Source: an uncultured bacterium | Lineage (GTDB): Bacteria; Babelota; Babeliae; Babelales; Babelaceae | NCBI GenBank assembly: GCA_963824495.1 | Contig: CAWGPQ010000017.1 | Location: 74,246-138,245, forward strand | Direction of reading: 5' to 3' | Length of the DNA: 64,000 nucleotides | Shown here: positions 50,738 through 59,879 of the stretch, one piece after another | Layout of the letters: each line of letters starts with the position of its first letter | How positions within the stretch are numbered: position 1 is the first letter of the stretch | The notes under the pieces: model-generated | What the model was told of the DNA's origin: nothing | Databases searched by the model: none | Seen by the model: only the letters and a program-made list of their open reading frames with translations | Made by a program: the position numbers and the translations under genes

Positions 50738-52786
50738 ATGTACTCACGTTTTTATTATGCATTTTTTGCCGTGCACCTATTAATTTATGCTATAATTAAC
50801 CCTCAACCTCAACAACAACCGCAACAACTGAGTCAAGCAGCCCAGCTGACAAAGTTGGCGCAGCAGGTTCAAAGCGGCGGCAGCACCGCCATAGGTGGCG
50901 GAAGTCAATTTATAAGTGGTCTTGCCCAGAGTTTTGGGTATTGCCCTTCGAGCTATACCTATAGTTTTCAAGTCTGGAATGATCTACCAACACCACTCTA
51001 TGTTGCAGCGCAAAGTATCACATCAATTCAAGGTGCCCAATTTAGAGGCCCTATCGACAAAGGGCTCGTAATTTGTCCCTTTCAGAATACTCAGGATGCT
51101 TTTTATAAGAGAAATCTATGTCATGTTGGTATTTGGTTATGTGCTGATACCAGCAATCTCCAAGGATACCAAGCAGTTATTAATAAATTAAGCCCAGGAC
51201 TTTCAAAGGCAGCCGAGCTTTTTACGAGCACTGAAGAGCTTAATAAGTATAAAATCTATCAGCGCAGAGTTGATGTCATAAAAGGCGATACTAGTATTTA
51301 CCACTTTAGAACCTATATCCATAAAGGGCAACCTCGAGGAGAGTTTTTAGGCCCAAGCCTAACGTCAGGACCTTATGGATCAACTACTGATTTTGATGGT
51401 GTTTTTTATAACAGTAGTGATTATTCTGCACAGCTAGCCTTTACCAAAAATGGCCAAAGTTATACCATCACTCTTGAGCCGCATTCATTTAGTTTGCTGA
51501 GCTCTGACACAACGGTTCCTCATTCTATACGACCACCTGCTTCAAGTAATCAGCAATCGCCACCCTGCACAGAGCAAGCACAACGAACTTTTGATTTTAT
51601 TTTTGGCAAGACAACAGTACGAATACCGATTGCTCCTGAGGGGCTTGGCCACCTATATACAGATCAAAGCACTCAAGCAACAACTATCGTTCCCGCTACC
51701 TATACCTATGAGGTATATGATAGCGGTTCTGGCAAACTGAATGTTGGTATGCAGGGAATAAGCATTGGCAATTACGACCAGCCTGGAGTTGACTTTAACG
51801 ACGCAAAGAATGCTTTTCTCACTTCTCAACCGTACACTTACCCTCTTATTAAACGAGTACGTGATACTAATCCTGTAAGATGCTCAGTATGGTATCAATC
51901 AGCACAACAAGCTCGTACATCACAAAATACCGATCCTGCACAAACACCCACACAAATACCCTATGATGTACCTGAGCAAGTATGGATTAGTTATAGCAGT
52001 CATGATTATAGCTTTCAACAAAAAATAGCACCTGGCTCTATAACCAACTTTACACTTATTCGTCCGCAGCTAAGCGAAGCGCAAGCACGTCTCTATATCG
52101 TCTCTTTAGCAACAACAAACGACACGCAAGCTCAACGGTTTATTAAGCGATTACATACAGGCGTTATTGGCAAAGAAGCTGTTGCAACAACCATTACCAA
52201 TCCCCTTGCGCTTCCTACAACCATACTTACGCAGTTAGCACCTAACACTAACGGTATTATTCGCGATACAGTCGGTGTTGATGCTTCGGGAATTCAAGGA
52301 ACCGTACTCTTTACTGATATATTCTTACCCTATGGCCTCGATGAAGGTCCCTACTACTATGGCATTCCTGCAGCGAGCTTAAACCTTGATGCATCATTCA
52401 TGAGCAGTATTACAAGCTACTTAGCCCCTTCAAAACCAGCACCTGATATACAAAAAGTATTGACCTGGATTACTACCTATGCTAAAAATCAATCGGTTAT
52501 TGCTACCTATGGCATAACGCGGCAAAACTATACGACCGATGCACTGGTTACCAAACTTATGGGCATATTACCAGATTTGACGTTATACTTGCAGGAGAAT
52601 GGCTCTCCTATTCTTTTTACAAATCCAACTGCATCAGGAACAGCACGTATATTTAATACTCAAGGAAAACAAGCACTATACACCATCTTATTCGGGGCCC
52701 TGAGTGTAAGCAATCCACCACTCTTGCGTCAAGCAGGTAATAATTATTATGTACTGGGGGGCAAGCCAGCTGGTTGGCCACTATAA
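50738..52786 (+). CDS. Large exported hypothetical protein
   Basis: 682-aa ORF; hydrophobic N-terminus followed by a Gln-rich linker; no recognisable domain. Confidence 0.75.
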   Translation: MYSRFYYAFFAVHLLIYAIINPQPQQQPQQLSQAAQLTKLAQQVQSGGSTAIGGGSQFISGLAQSFGYCPSSYTYSFQVWNDLPTPLYVAAQSITSIQGAQFRGPIDKGLVICPFQNTQDAFYKRNLCHVGIWLCADTSNLQGYQAVINKLSPGLSKAAELFTSTEELNKYKIYQRRVDVIKGDTSIYHFRTYIHKGQPRGEFLGPSLTSGPYGSTTDFDGVFYNSSDYSAQLAFTKNGQSYTITLEPHSFSLLSSDTTVPHSIRPPASSNQQSPPCTEQAQRTFDFIFGKTTVRIPIAPEGLGHLYTDQSTQATTIVPATYTYEVYDSGSGKLNVGMQGISIGNYDQPGVDFNDAKNAFLTSQPYTYPLIKRVRDTNPVRCSVWYQSAQQARTSQNTDPAQTPTQIPYDVPEQVWISYSSHDYSFQQKIAPGSITNFTLIRPQLSEAQARLYIVSLATTNDTQAQRFIKRLHTGVIGKEAVATTITNPLALPTTILTQLAPNTNGIIRDTVGVDASGIQGTVLFTDIFLPYGLDEGPYYYGIPAASLNLDASFMSSITSYLAPSKPAPDIQKVLTWITTYAKNQSVIATYGITRQNYTTDALVTKLMGILPDLTLYLQENGSPILFTNPTASGTARIFNTQGKQALYTILFGALSVSNPPLLRQAGNNYYVLGGKPAGWPL

Positions 52787-52831
52787 AAACCGTTGTATAC
52801 TAACTGTTATATAGCACTATTCAGGAGATCA

Positions 52832-53296
52832 ATGATATCGCTTAGTATGTACCTCAAGCTTTGCCTTATAGTACCTATCGTGTTTAACCCATCCGTATAT
52901 GGCATGAAAAAAGTTTCTTCATTAACCGAGCAAGCTCGCTTACATGCAACACAACATTTGAACATAAGCAAATTAAAGGAGCTTAACTCAGGCTCACTTC
53001 ACCCTATGCATTATGCTGCTCAACTTAAAGATACCTCACTCATTAAACATTTCGTTGAGCAAATTATTCAGCAACATGCATCTCTAGATATTACTGATGC
53101 ATGCAGTTATACGCCATTGCATAAAGCTGCAGCGTGCGGCAATACCGATGTCGTCATGTTCCTGCTCGCTGAAGGTGCTAATTATAAACTTACAACAAAG
53201 AGCAACGAAACCGCCTTAAGTTTGGCCCAAAACAACAACGCACCTCAAACAGCAGAAGCTATCAAGCGCTTTATTGCTTCAAAGTCGACACGCTGA
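52832..53296 (+). CDS. Small exported ankyrin-repeat protein
   Basis: RBS CAGGAG; signal ends VYG; HPMHYAA, TPLHKAA, TALSLA. Confidence 0.85.
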   Translation: MISLSMYLKLCLIVPIVFNPSVYGMKKVSSLTEQARLHATQHLNISKLKELNSGSLHPMHYAAQLKDTSLIKHFVEQIIQQHASLDITDACSYTPLHKAAACGNTDVVMFLLAEGANYKLTTKSNETALSLAQNNNAPQTAEAIKRFIASKSTR

Positions 53297-53321
53297 AGGA
53301 TTTTCTAGCACATACTAACTA

Positions 53322-56063
53322 TCATAGCTCACTCTCGTCAATAAGCTTATACTCTCTACATCGACGATTAACAGAAGATCTGTTTACTCCTAAAAGTGTA
53401 GCAATCTTTGCTTGATTTCTAAATTTGTTCCAGAGAAATGTCATAATTTGCACATCTTTGAGGGCACATTTACCACGCTGTACTGCTTGAAAAAGCTCTG
53501 GATCTGATGTAGCGTAAGCGGGAGCAAACTCAACTTCATTATAAATATCTTGCCTAGCTGATTTCTTAATAAGTATCTGTTTTATGTATCCTTTAAATTC
53601 TTGCAAGCTTACGGGACATCTATTGATAAGATGCGCTCTATCTTTATCAGTAAGTCCTAATAACTTCTTAAATTCGGTAGTCTTAATTGCTTCTTCAGTA
53701 CATGCATCAGCTAGTTGATTAAGTTCCTTAGAGGGCAAAACACTTAGTGATGGCATGGTTAACGTTGCTCTTTTTAACTCATTAAAGAGCTTACTCGAAA
53801 ATGTTCCCCCCTGAACCATAGCCTGTAAATCTTGAGTACTTGAACAGATAACACGAACGTTACTGCTCATCTTATGATCACTTCTAAATATATGAAAATA
53901 ACCGTACATGATAAATTCGGCTAGTGAATCTTGTGTCTCAAGATTCAGCAAGTGAACATTCTCAATAAAGAGCGTACCGCTATTATTTAATTCTGCCAAA
54001 AGGGGCTCTGCATCAGACTTGCCAAAAAGTAGGTTGACTCCGAAAAGCCTCATAGCAACCTCAAATCCTTTCTCTTGATAATGAAGCCTGATCACTTGCA
54101 AATTAGTACGCATACTAATGCTATGAATAATCTCTACCGTTGGCATGAGATCTTCTTCATTAATATCAAGCAAAGTGGCTTTCTTACCTAACGCAATCTT
54201 TAATAGGTCAACCTTAAAATTCAATAATGTTTGACCACTGCCAGGCACGAGCTGATTTATAAGTTGCCCTGACGGTGTCGTTTCAAGATAGAGCAAGTAA
54301 TCCCAGCTTGTTGGATCTTTAAGAAGATCAAGTTGTAGTTTAACAACATCAGCAATTTCAGGATAATACGCCATAATAATAATAGTTTGATCATCAAGGC
54401 TTGGGATGCCCGAGAGCACAAGACGATTACCTTGTGTATCTTTAGTAATAACTTCTTGGGCAGTTTTATATTGTTGAATATTACGAGTGATGCGTTTACA
54501 TGCTTGAGTAATAGGATGACCCTCTTGCATATTTAGATCAAGAGGTACTAATTCTTGAGCTACCTGATTACCATAGGAAAATTTACGATTTTTATAAAAA
54601 ATGAGCCCAATCTTACGCTCATGAGCATTCCGTAAAAATGACCGTATACTTTCTTTATACTGGTTAACTTCTTGGTGCTTACGATACAATTCTTCTTTAA
54701 GCTCTTTGCCTTCTTGAACAAGAGCTGCCCAATTGCTATGCTCTAATACATTGATAACATTGCTCAAGTAGCTTGCAAAGACAAGCATTTCATCTCGTTC
54801 AATCCTACTAAATAGCTTCTTTGCGCGAGCATCACGTTCGATGATAACGTAAGCAGCTATAGCTTGTTTCTTATAAATAGGCAAGAAAACATCAGCATTA
54901 ATGGCAGCTAAAAATTCAAGCACCATTGCCTGATTGCTGCTTTCTTCATAAAAATTATTGAACTCAATCTCATCTTTAATCAAAATCTGGCTTTGTTTGA
55001 GAAGTTTTGCTTGAGCACTCTGCTTATCCCTTTGGTCATACATAAAGTTTTCTACTATTGCTTGTACCTTTGCCACGTGCTCATCACGAGTATTCAATTG
55101 ATCAGAATGGCTATCTTCTAAAATGCGAATATACAGCGTAGCCTTGCCAAGCGGTACCCCAAAAGCATTTTTAAAGAAGTCCTGCGTGTTACGCTTAAGA
55201 TCGCTTATATTGTTCACTTTACCAAGCTCTTGTAAAGTACCCTTAAAGTCATCAATGAAATTGAACTTAGGCTTTGCTTGAACATGACTACGAACATTTA
55301 AGAAACGCAAGCCCAACATCTTTTTTGCACAAAAGTAAATAGCACATAAAAGAAACATATCAGAGGTGCTTATCAGAAGATAGTTGTTCCTAAAATATGT
55401 CGCTGAGATTTCAAAGGGATTAAATGAGATTATCTCAAGCAACAGATGCGGAAATATCATGTAGATCATGAAGGTTTTTAATTGAGCCGCCAAAATCTTA
55501 GGCACATACTCTACATTGATATTTTTAATTGCTCTATACATGCTTAGGAAAACTATGACGAAAGCGTAGAAGTATACTATTTTATATACAAGAAATTCTA
55601 AAGCAGGTCTACTCTCAGGGTTAGTTATTGCGTAAGAAACAAGCGCCAACCATAAAATGTAAAGACTTAAAAAACCACCTATGACAATAGCTAGAACTTG
55701 AGACAACCCAGGCTTAAACTTCCGCTCTTTACATACAAGATTGTCAATAAAAAGCGATAATGACAGATATTGAGCAATATTAAAGAACCAAATAATACGT
55801 AACAAGAATAGCCCAATTCCAAAATGAACATCAGGAAACCACAACGCGCTAGCTAAATCGAATATCCAATACACCTCGATAATGCTAGCGGCTCCAACTA
55901 CAATTACTATTAAATACCACAGCTTTTGGGATACTTTAGAACGAAAGCTAAAGTGCAACAATGCTGTAAAAATAAAAACTCTGCTAATTAATCCTAAAGC
56001 CTTTACTAATAGCAAAAAATCAGGACTGGCAAGCAGTTGTTGTAAAAGTTGTATTGACTTCAT
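53322..56063 (-). CDS. Membrane-anchored one-component regulator: about 7 TM + GAF-like + PAS-like + degenerate sigma54-activator AAA+ + Fis-type HTH
   Basis: Seven hydrophobic segments in residues ~15-245; RLFG, GTLFIENV, QDSL, NVRVICSS.QDL..MV..GTF..LF (bEBP-like); NQAKIATLLGVNRSSVNRR HTH. Confidence 0.85.
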   Translation of the reverse strand: MKSIQLLQQLLASPDFLLLVKALGLISRVFIFTALLHFSFRSKVSQKLWYLIVIVVGAASIIEVYWIFDLASALWFPDVHFGIGLFLLRIIWFFNIAQYLSLSLFIDNLVCKERKFKPGLSQVLAIVIGGFLSLYILWLALVSYAITNPESRPALEFLVYKIVYFYAFVIVFLSMYRAIKNINVEYVPKILAAQLKTFMIYMIFPHLLLEIISFNPFEISATYFRNNYLLISTSDMFLLCAIYFCAKKMLGLRFLNVRSHVQAKPKFNFIDDFKGTLQELGKVNNISDLKRNTQDFFKNAFGVPLGKATLYIRILEDSHSDQLNTRDEHVAKVQAIVENFMYDQRDKQSAQAKLLKQSQILIKDEIEFNNFYEESSNQAMVLEFLAAINADVFLPIYKKQAIAAYVIIERDARAKKLFSRIERDEMLVFASYLSNVINVLEHSNWAALVQEGKELKEELYRKHQEVNQYKESIRSFLRNAHERKIGLIFYKNRKFSYGNQVAQELVPLDLNMQEGHPITQACKRITRNIQQYKTAQEVITKDTQGNRLVLSGIPSLDDQTIIIMAYYPEIADVVKLQLDLLKDPTSWDYLLYLETTPSGQLINQLVPGSGQTLLNFKVDLLKIALGKKATLLDINEEDLMPTVEIIHSISMRTNLQVIRLHYQEKGFEVAMRLFGVNLLFGKSDAEPLLAELNNSGTLFIENVHLLNLETQDSLAEFIMYGYFHIFRSDHKMSSNVRVICSSTQDLQAMVQGGTFSSKLFNELKRATLTMPSLSVLPSKELNQLADACTEEAIKTTEFKKLLGLTDKDRAHLINRCPVSLQEFKGYIKQILIKKSARQDIYNEVEFAPAYATSDPELFQAVQRGKCALKDVQIMTFLWNKFRNQAKIATLLGVNRSSVNRRCREYKLIDESEL

Positions 56064-56075
56064 GGTGCCCCTTGA

Positions 56076-56103
56076 TTGATATTTCTTCCGGAGAGACTAT
56101 ACT
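56076..56103 (+). promoter_or_regulatory. Possible sigma70 promoter for the peptide genes in the 98-bp divergent spacer
   Basis: TTGATA-N16-TATACT. Confidence 0.45.
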
Positions 56104-56161
56104 ATCCTTGTTAGTTAGGAATGTATTGTTTTTGACCAATTTATTTACCAGAGAGTTCGCG

Positions 56162-56338
56162 ATGTCTAATAATAAACACATACTTCATGTTTTGGCAAAC
56201 AAAAATTACTTAAGCCTTGCACTTTTAACATGGTTACTTTGTGGCTATATTACTCAAGCCGCTGCCTTTTGGCAATTTCCTCCTGGTACGGGCTCACGCG
56301 GTAAGCCTACCTATCCTGAAAGCCAACCGCCAAAATAA
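56162..56338 (+). CDS. Exported small peptide precursor 1
   Basis: MSNNKHILHVLANKNYLSLALL...TQA then AAFWQFPPGTGSRGKPTYPESQPPK. Confidence 0.8.
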   Translation: MSNNKHILHVLANKNYLSLALLTWLLCGYITQAAAFWQFPPGTGSRGKPTYPESQPPK

Positions 56339-56430
56339 CTTAGCTTGCAATAATTAAGTAATTTTATTAAATAAACAATGGATAGCTAGAATTATACAGT
56401 GTTGGTATGATCTATTTGCTAAAAAGGGTA

Positions 56431-56640
56431 ATGATGCCTAATAATAAATATGTACTTTATCTTTTGGCAAATAAAAATTACCTAGGGCTTGTGCTTGCGA
56501 CTGGAATTTTCTTTAGTTTTTCAGCTAACGCATGTTCTAGCTGGGGTTTACCTTCAGGAACTAATCCAAGAACTCCACAAGGCCCTCCTCCCAACAAGGC
56601 CTCGGGAGACAGAAGAAAAAGAACTTTAAATTTTGAATAA
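56431..56640 (+). CDS. Exported small peptide precursor 2
   Basis: RBS AAAAGGG; leader MPNNKYVLYLLANKNYLGL parallels precursor 1; ANA then CSSWGLPSGTNP... Confidence 0.75.
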   Translation: MMPNNKYVLYLLANKNYLGLVLATGIFFSFSANACSSWGLPSGTNPRTPQGPPPNKASGDRRKRTLNFE

Positions 56641-56661
56641 TTTTAAGGAATAGGAAGTGTT

Positions 56662-56844
56662 ATGTTCCATTCTATATATTCAGGCAGGAACTGCTTAGTG
56701 CTTGTCATTCTAACAGTATTATTAAGCAATACTCTAGCACAAGCTGCCATCTCATTACAATTTCCCCCAGGGACTGGCGCACCTGGTAAACCAGCTTACC
56801 CTGACAAGCAACCTAAAGAAACAGAAAGAAAGGACGACCTTTAA
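56662..56844 (+). CDS. Exported small peptide precursor 3
   Basis: RBS AGGAAG; signal ends AQA then AISLQFPPGTGAPGKPAYPDKQPK. Confidence 0.8.
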   Translation: MFHSIYSGRNCLVLVILTVLLSNTLAQAAISLQFPPGTGAPGKPAYPDKQPKETERKDDL

Positions 56845-57999
56845 ATCTTTGAGCATCGAATTTAATGAAGGGCATGCTTTTTTGTGACAGGCTATTGCCC
56901 TTTATGAGAAAATTTCTAAGGTGCTTATTAACGAACCATTTATAATTATTAATTATTAGCATATTATGATGCGTAGTAGGCATAGTCAACAAAGTAACAA
57001 GATGCGCATGTCCGTTATTACGAGCAAGATCCCAAGGGGTTAAGCCTTGATTATTTACTAGGGTATCCTGAGCTTTATGAGCAATCAGCATATGAGCAGT
57101 TACAGCATCACCATTTTGAGCAGCCCAATGAAGCGGTGTATTACCTCGTACGTCCTGAGCATTAACGTTAAAACCATGTTCTAATAATAGAGAAGTAATT
57201 TCACGGTCACCTTGAGCGGCAGCGTAATGGAGCGGCGTAGTTTCACCTTGATCCTGTGCGCTATTTTCTGGTGTAAAATTTTGTAGGATTTCCCGTGCCT
57301 CATGACTATCACTAGTGGTGAAAATGTCCTAGAAAGTTTTGCTCGTAGTTTTTTCTTAGATCCAGGTATATTTTCAAGTTTTGGCAACCTAGTCCCATGG
57401 TTCAACAAGACCCTAACACCATTCCAAGCATGATGACGCTCAGCCCAATCGAGAGCATCATTGCCAGCATTGTCCTTTTTGCCAACGTAAGCACCATGCC
57501 TTAAAAGCAATTCAGTTACCTCTGGATTACTTAAGGCTGCCCACATAAGAGCAGTATAGCCATCATTATCAGCACGATTAACATCAGCACCATGAACGAG
57601 GAGTTCTTGAACAACATCAACATTTCCACCTTGTGCTGCAGATATGAGCGGGGTTGAACCAAACTTGTTATACCAGTTAACCTCTGCTCCATGCTCCAAA
57701 AGAAGTCTTACGCCCAAAAGACTGTCATTTCTAACGGCAAGCATAAGAGGCGTCAAGCGATGGCTACCTATACTTCCCAGATAATTAACGTTAGCACCTT
57801 CTTGGATAAGAGTAGATACTGCTTCGACATCAATATGGTTCTTACTTGTCGCTTTTAGCAACTCGTGGTCTAATTGTTGTTGCTTTTCTGCTGAAGGAGC
57901 TTGTTGCTCCATGCTCAAGGTTGGCAAAGCAAAGCTTGCTAAAACTACGAGAATGATAAAGGCTAAATATTTTTGACTTAATAATTTAAATTTCATCAT
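56813..57999 (-). pseudogene. Exported ankyrin-repeat gene split by a frameshift
   Basis: After ~57310 an alternate frame reads QDQGETTPLHYAAAQG...GNTPLHWAA and runs into ORF 56813-57091. Confidence 0.82.
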
Positions 58000-59030
58000 G
58001 TCAAGCTCGCCCGTAAAGCATTATACAATTGATCATATAGTTTAACAGGATCAAGCTCAATATCCTTTTGGCGTCTAACGGTAAATAACTTAGGGTATTG
58101 TTCAGAAAGAGCTTGGGCATTATCAAGCTGATGAGCTGTGGTAGCAACCTCAAGGGGTATAATAAAAGCTAATTTTTTAAAAAATGCAAGCTCAAAAAGT
58201 GTCCCTGCTCCTGCTCGAGCAATGGTCAAATCAGCTGCAGAGTAATAGACAGACATATCAGAACTATATGCAAACACCTGAGCAGCTTGATGATGTGTTG
58301 AGTAGAATTCTTTTAAGTGCTCAACATCGCGCTCGCCCGTTTGATGGATAATATGAGGTATCTCGTGATTATGAGTAGTGCACCATACGACAAAGTTTTT
58401 AACCAGCTCATTAATAAAATGAGAGCCCTGTGAGCCACCTAGTATCAAAAGTATCTTTTTGTTAGATGAAAGCTTAAGCATGTGGAACGCTTGTTCACGA
58501 GACAACACGTGCTCATGCTTAAACCGAAGAGGATAGTCAACAAGCTGGCAGTGCACAGAGGGTAAATATGATGGTGTTTGTTTAAAACACGTATAAACAG
58601 TTTGAGCATGGCGTGAGAGAAACTTATTAGCAGCACCTGGTATAACATTAAGCTCATACAGCTCTATGGGAATGCGTAGTATACGTGCGGCTAAGCACAC
58701 GGGCAGTGAAATATAACCACCCATACTTACAATTTTTTGTGGCTTAAGCTGTAGCAATACGTACGTGCTTTGAGCAACAGCAAAAACTAACTGAACCAAA
58801 AATTTCGGATATGCGTGCCATCGCCCGTAGGGTATATTTTCAAGAGTAAGTGGTATATATAAACTTATCCAGCGCTCTGGCTGTATAAGCGAGATATCAA
58901 GAGATGAGCTGGTGGAAAAAAAAGCAATCTTATACTGTGGAGATTGCTCTAAAACTTTTTGCGCCTGGGTCAAGGCTGGTATGATATGACCACCTGACTT
59001 ACCAGCAACATAGCAAATAGTAGTGCTCAT
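57996..59030 (-). CDS. murG: Undecaprenyl-PP-MurNAc-pentapeptide GlcNAc transferase
   Basis: GKSGGHIIP, GGYIS, ELNVIPG..N, GGSQGS, HQTG, RAGAGT, HQLDNA. Confidence 0.93.
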   Translation of the reverse strand: MSTTICYVAGKSGGHIIPALTQAQKVLEQSPQYKIAFFSTSSSLDISLIQPERWISLYIPLTLENIPYGRWHAYPKFLVQLVFAVAQSTYVLLQLKPQKIVSMGGYISLPVCLAARILRIPIELYELNVIPGAANKFLSRHAQTVYTCFKQTPSYLPSVHCQLVDYPLRFKHEHVLSREQAFHMLKLSSNKKILLILGGSQGSHFINELVKNFVVWCTTHNHEIPHIIHQTGERDVEHLKEFYSTHHQAAQVFAYSSDMSVYYSAADLTIARAGAGTLFELAFFKKLAFIIPLEVATTAHQLDNAQALSEQYPKLFTVRRQKDIELDPVKLYDQLYNALRASLT

Positions 59031-59070
59031 ACAAATATCTTGACTAAAGAAAGTGCCTAGGTTTATATGC

Positions 59071-59108
59071 ACGAGAACGATAGCAATAACACATACTATC
59101 GTTCTCGT
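59071..59108. terminator. Hairpin downstream of 59123-59842
   Basis: acgagaacgatag...ctatcgttctcgt. Confidence 0.7.
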
Positions 59109-59122
59109 AACAAAAAAGCGAT

Positions 59123-59842
59123 CTAAGATAGGTGAGTTTCTTCCTGAGTGCTATGCTCTTTTATGTGTTGTTTAATAGCATCTTTATGTTCTTGAAGAAG
59201 ATCAAGCACCTTTTGGCTTGCTTGTATACGTATATCGCCAAGTTCCTTCACAAGGATAGTAACGCTTTGTTTAAGCTCATTAAGCGCTGCATAATATAAA
59301 GCTTTGTCGGCATCATTATGGACAAATTCAAAATAAACATCAACCTGTATAAACCAAGATTCAAAGTAATCGAGATCCCAAGCATTTTCTTTCCAAGGAC
59401 TAGATAGATTAAATTCTTCTTCAAGCTTTGTTTCGAATGCTTTACAACTACGCTCAAGCTCTTCACATAACCTTGCGTTCTTAGACTCTGCAATCATAGC
59501 AGCTGTGTACTCTCGGATGTGCTTAAACACATGCTCTGGTAGGAACAATGCATAATCTCTAAATCCTAGATCAAGTGGTTCGGTCATGTTAGGATACTCG
59601 TTATCTTTCAGCTCAAGAATTTCTCGTAATTGCTCTCCGTGAAGCTTCAATCTTGTTTCGATAACCATCTTTTCATCCGAAGCCAGATCAGCAAAGCCAA
59701 GAGGACGATAGTAAGGGGCCTTAATAGTAGGCGCAGTTTCTTCCATCCACTGAGCAAAATCGGTGCTCAAATCATGACGAGCACGTACGGGTATCGATAG
59801 AAGTAAAGCTGCTACTAAAAAGCTATATTTTACATATTTCAT
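59123..59842 (-). CDS. Exported acidic helical hypothetical protein
   Basis: Signal ends VRA; paralog of 59880-60605. Confidence 0.8.
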   Translation of the reverse strand: MKYVKYSFLVAALLLSIPVRARHDLSTDFAQWMEETAPTIKAPYYRPLGFADLASDEKMVIETRLKLHGEQLREILELKDNEYPNMTEPLDLGFRDYALFLPEHVFKHIREYTAAMIAESKNARLCEELERSCKAFETKLEEEFNLSSPWKENAWDLDYFESWFIQVDVYFEFVHNDADKALYYAALNELKQSVTILVKELGDIRIQASQKVLDLLQEHKDAIKQHIKEHSTQEETHLS

Positions 59843-59879
59843 GGTAAAAACCTTTTTCATGAGTTTTAACTATAACGGT

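Noticed and set aside
56515..56540. Lipoprotein lipobox in peptide 2 (SANA-C)
   Set aside because: Poor match to [LVI][ASTVI][GAS]C; the paralogs have Ala at this position
56830..56844. C-terminal KDDL of peptide 3 resembling the ER-retention signal KDEL
   Set aside because: Not shared by the two paralogs and lies in the overlap with a convergent ORF; likely chance
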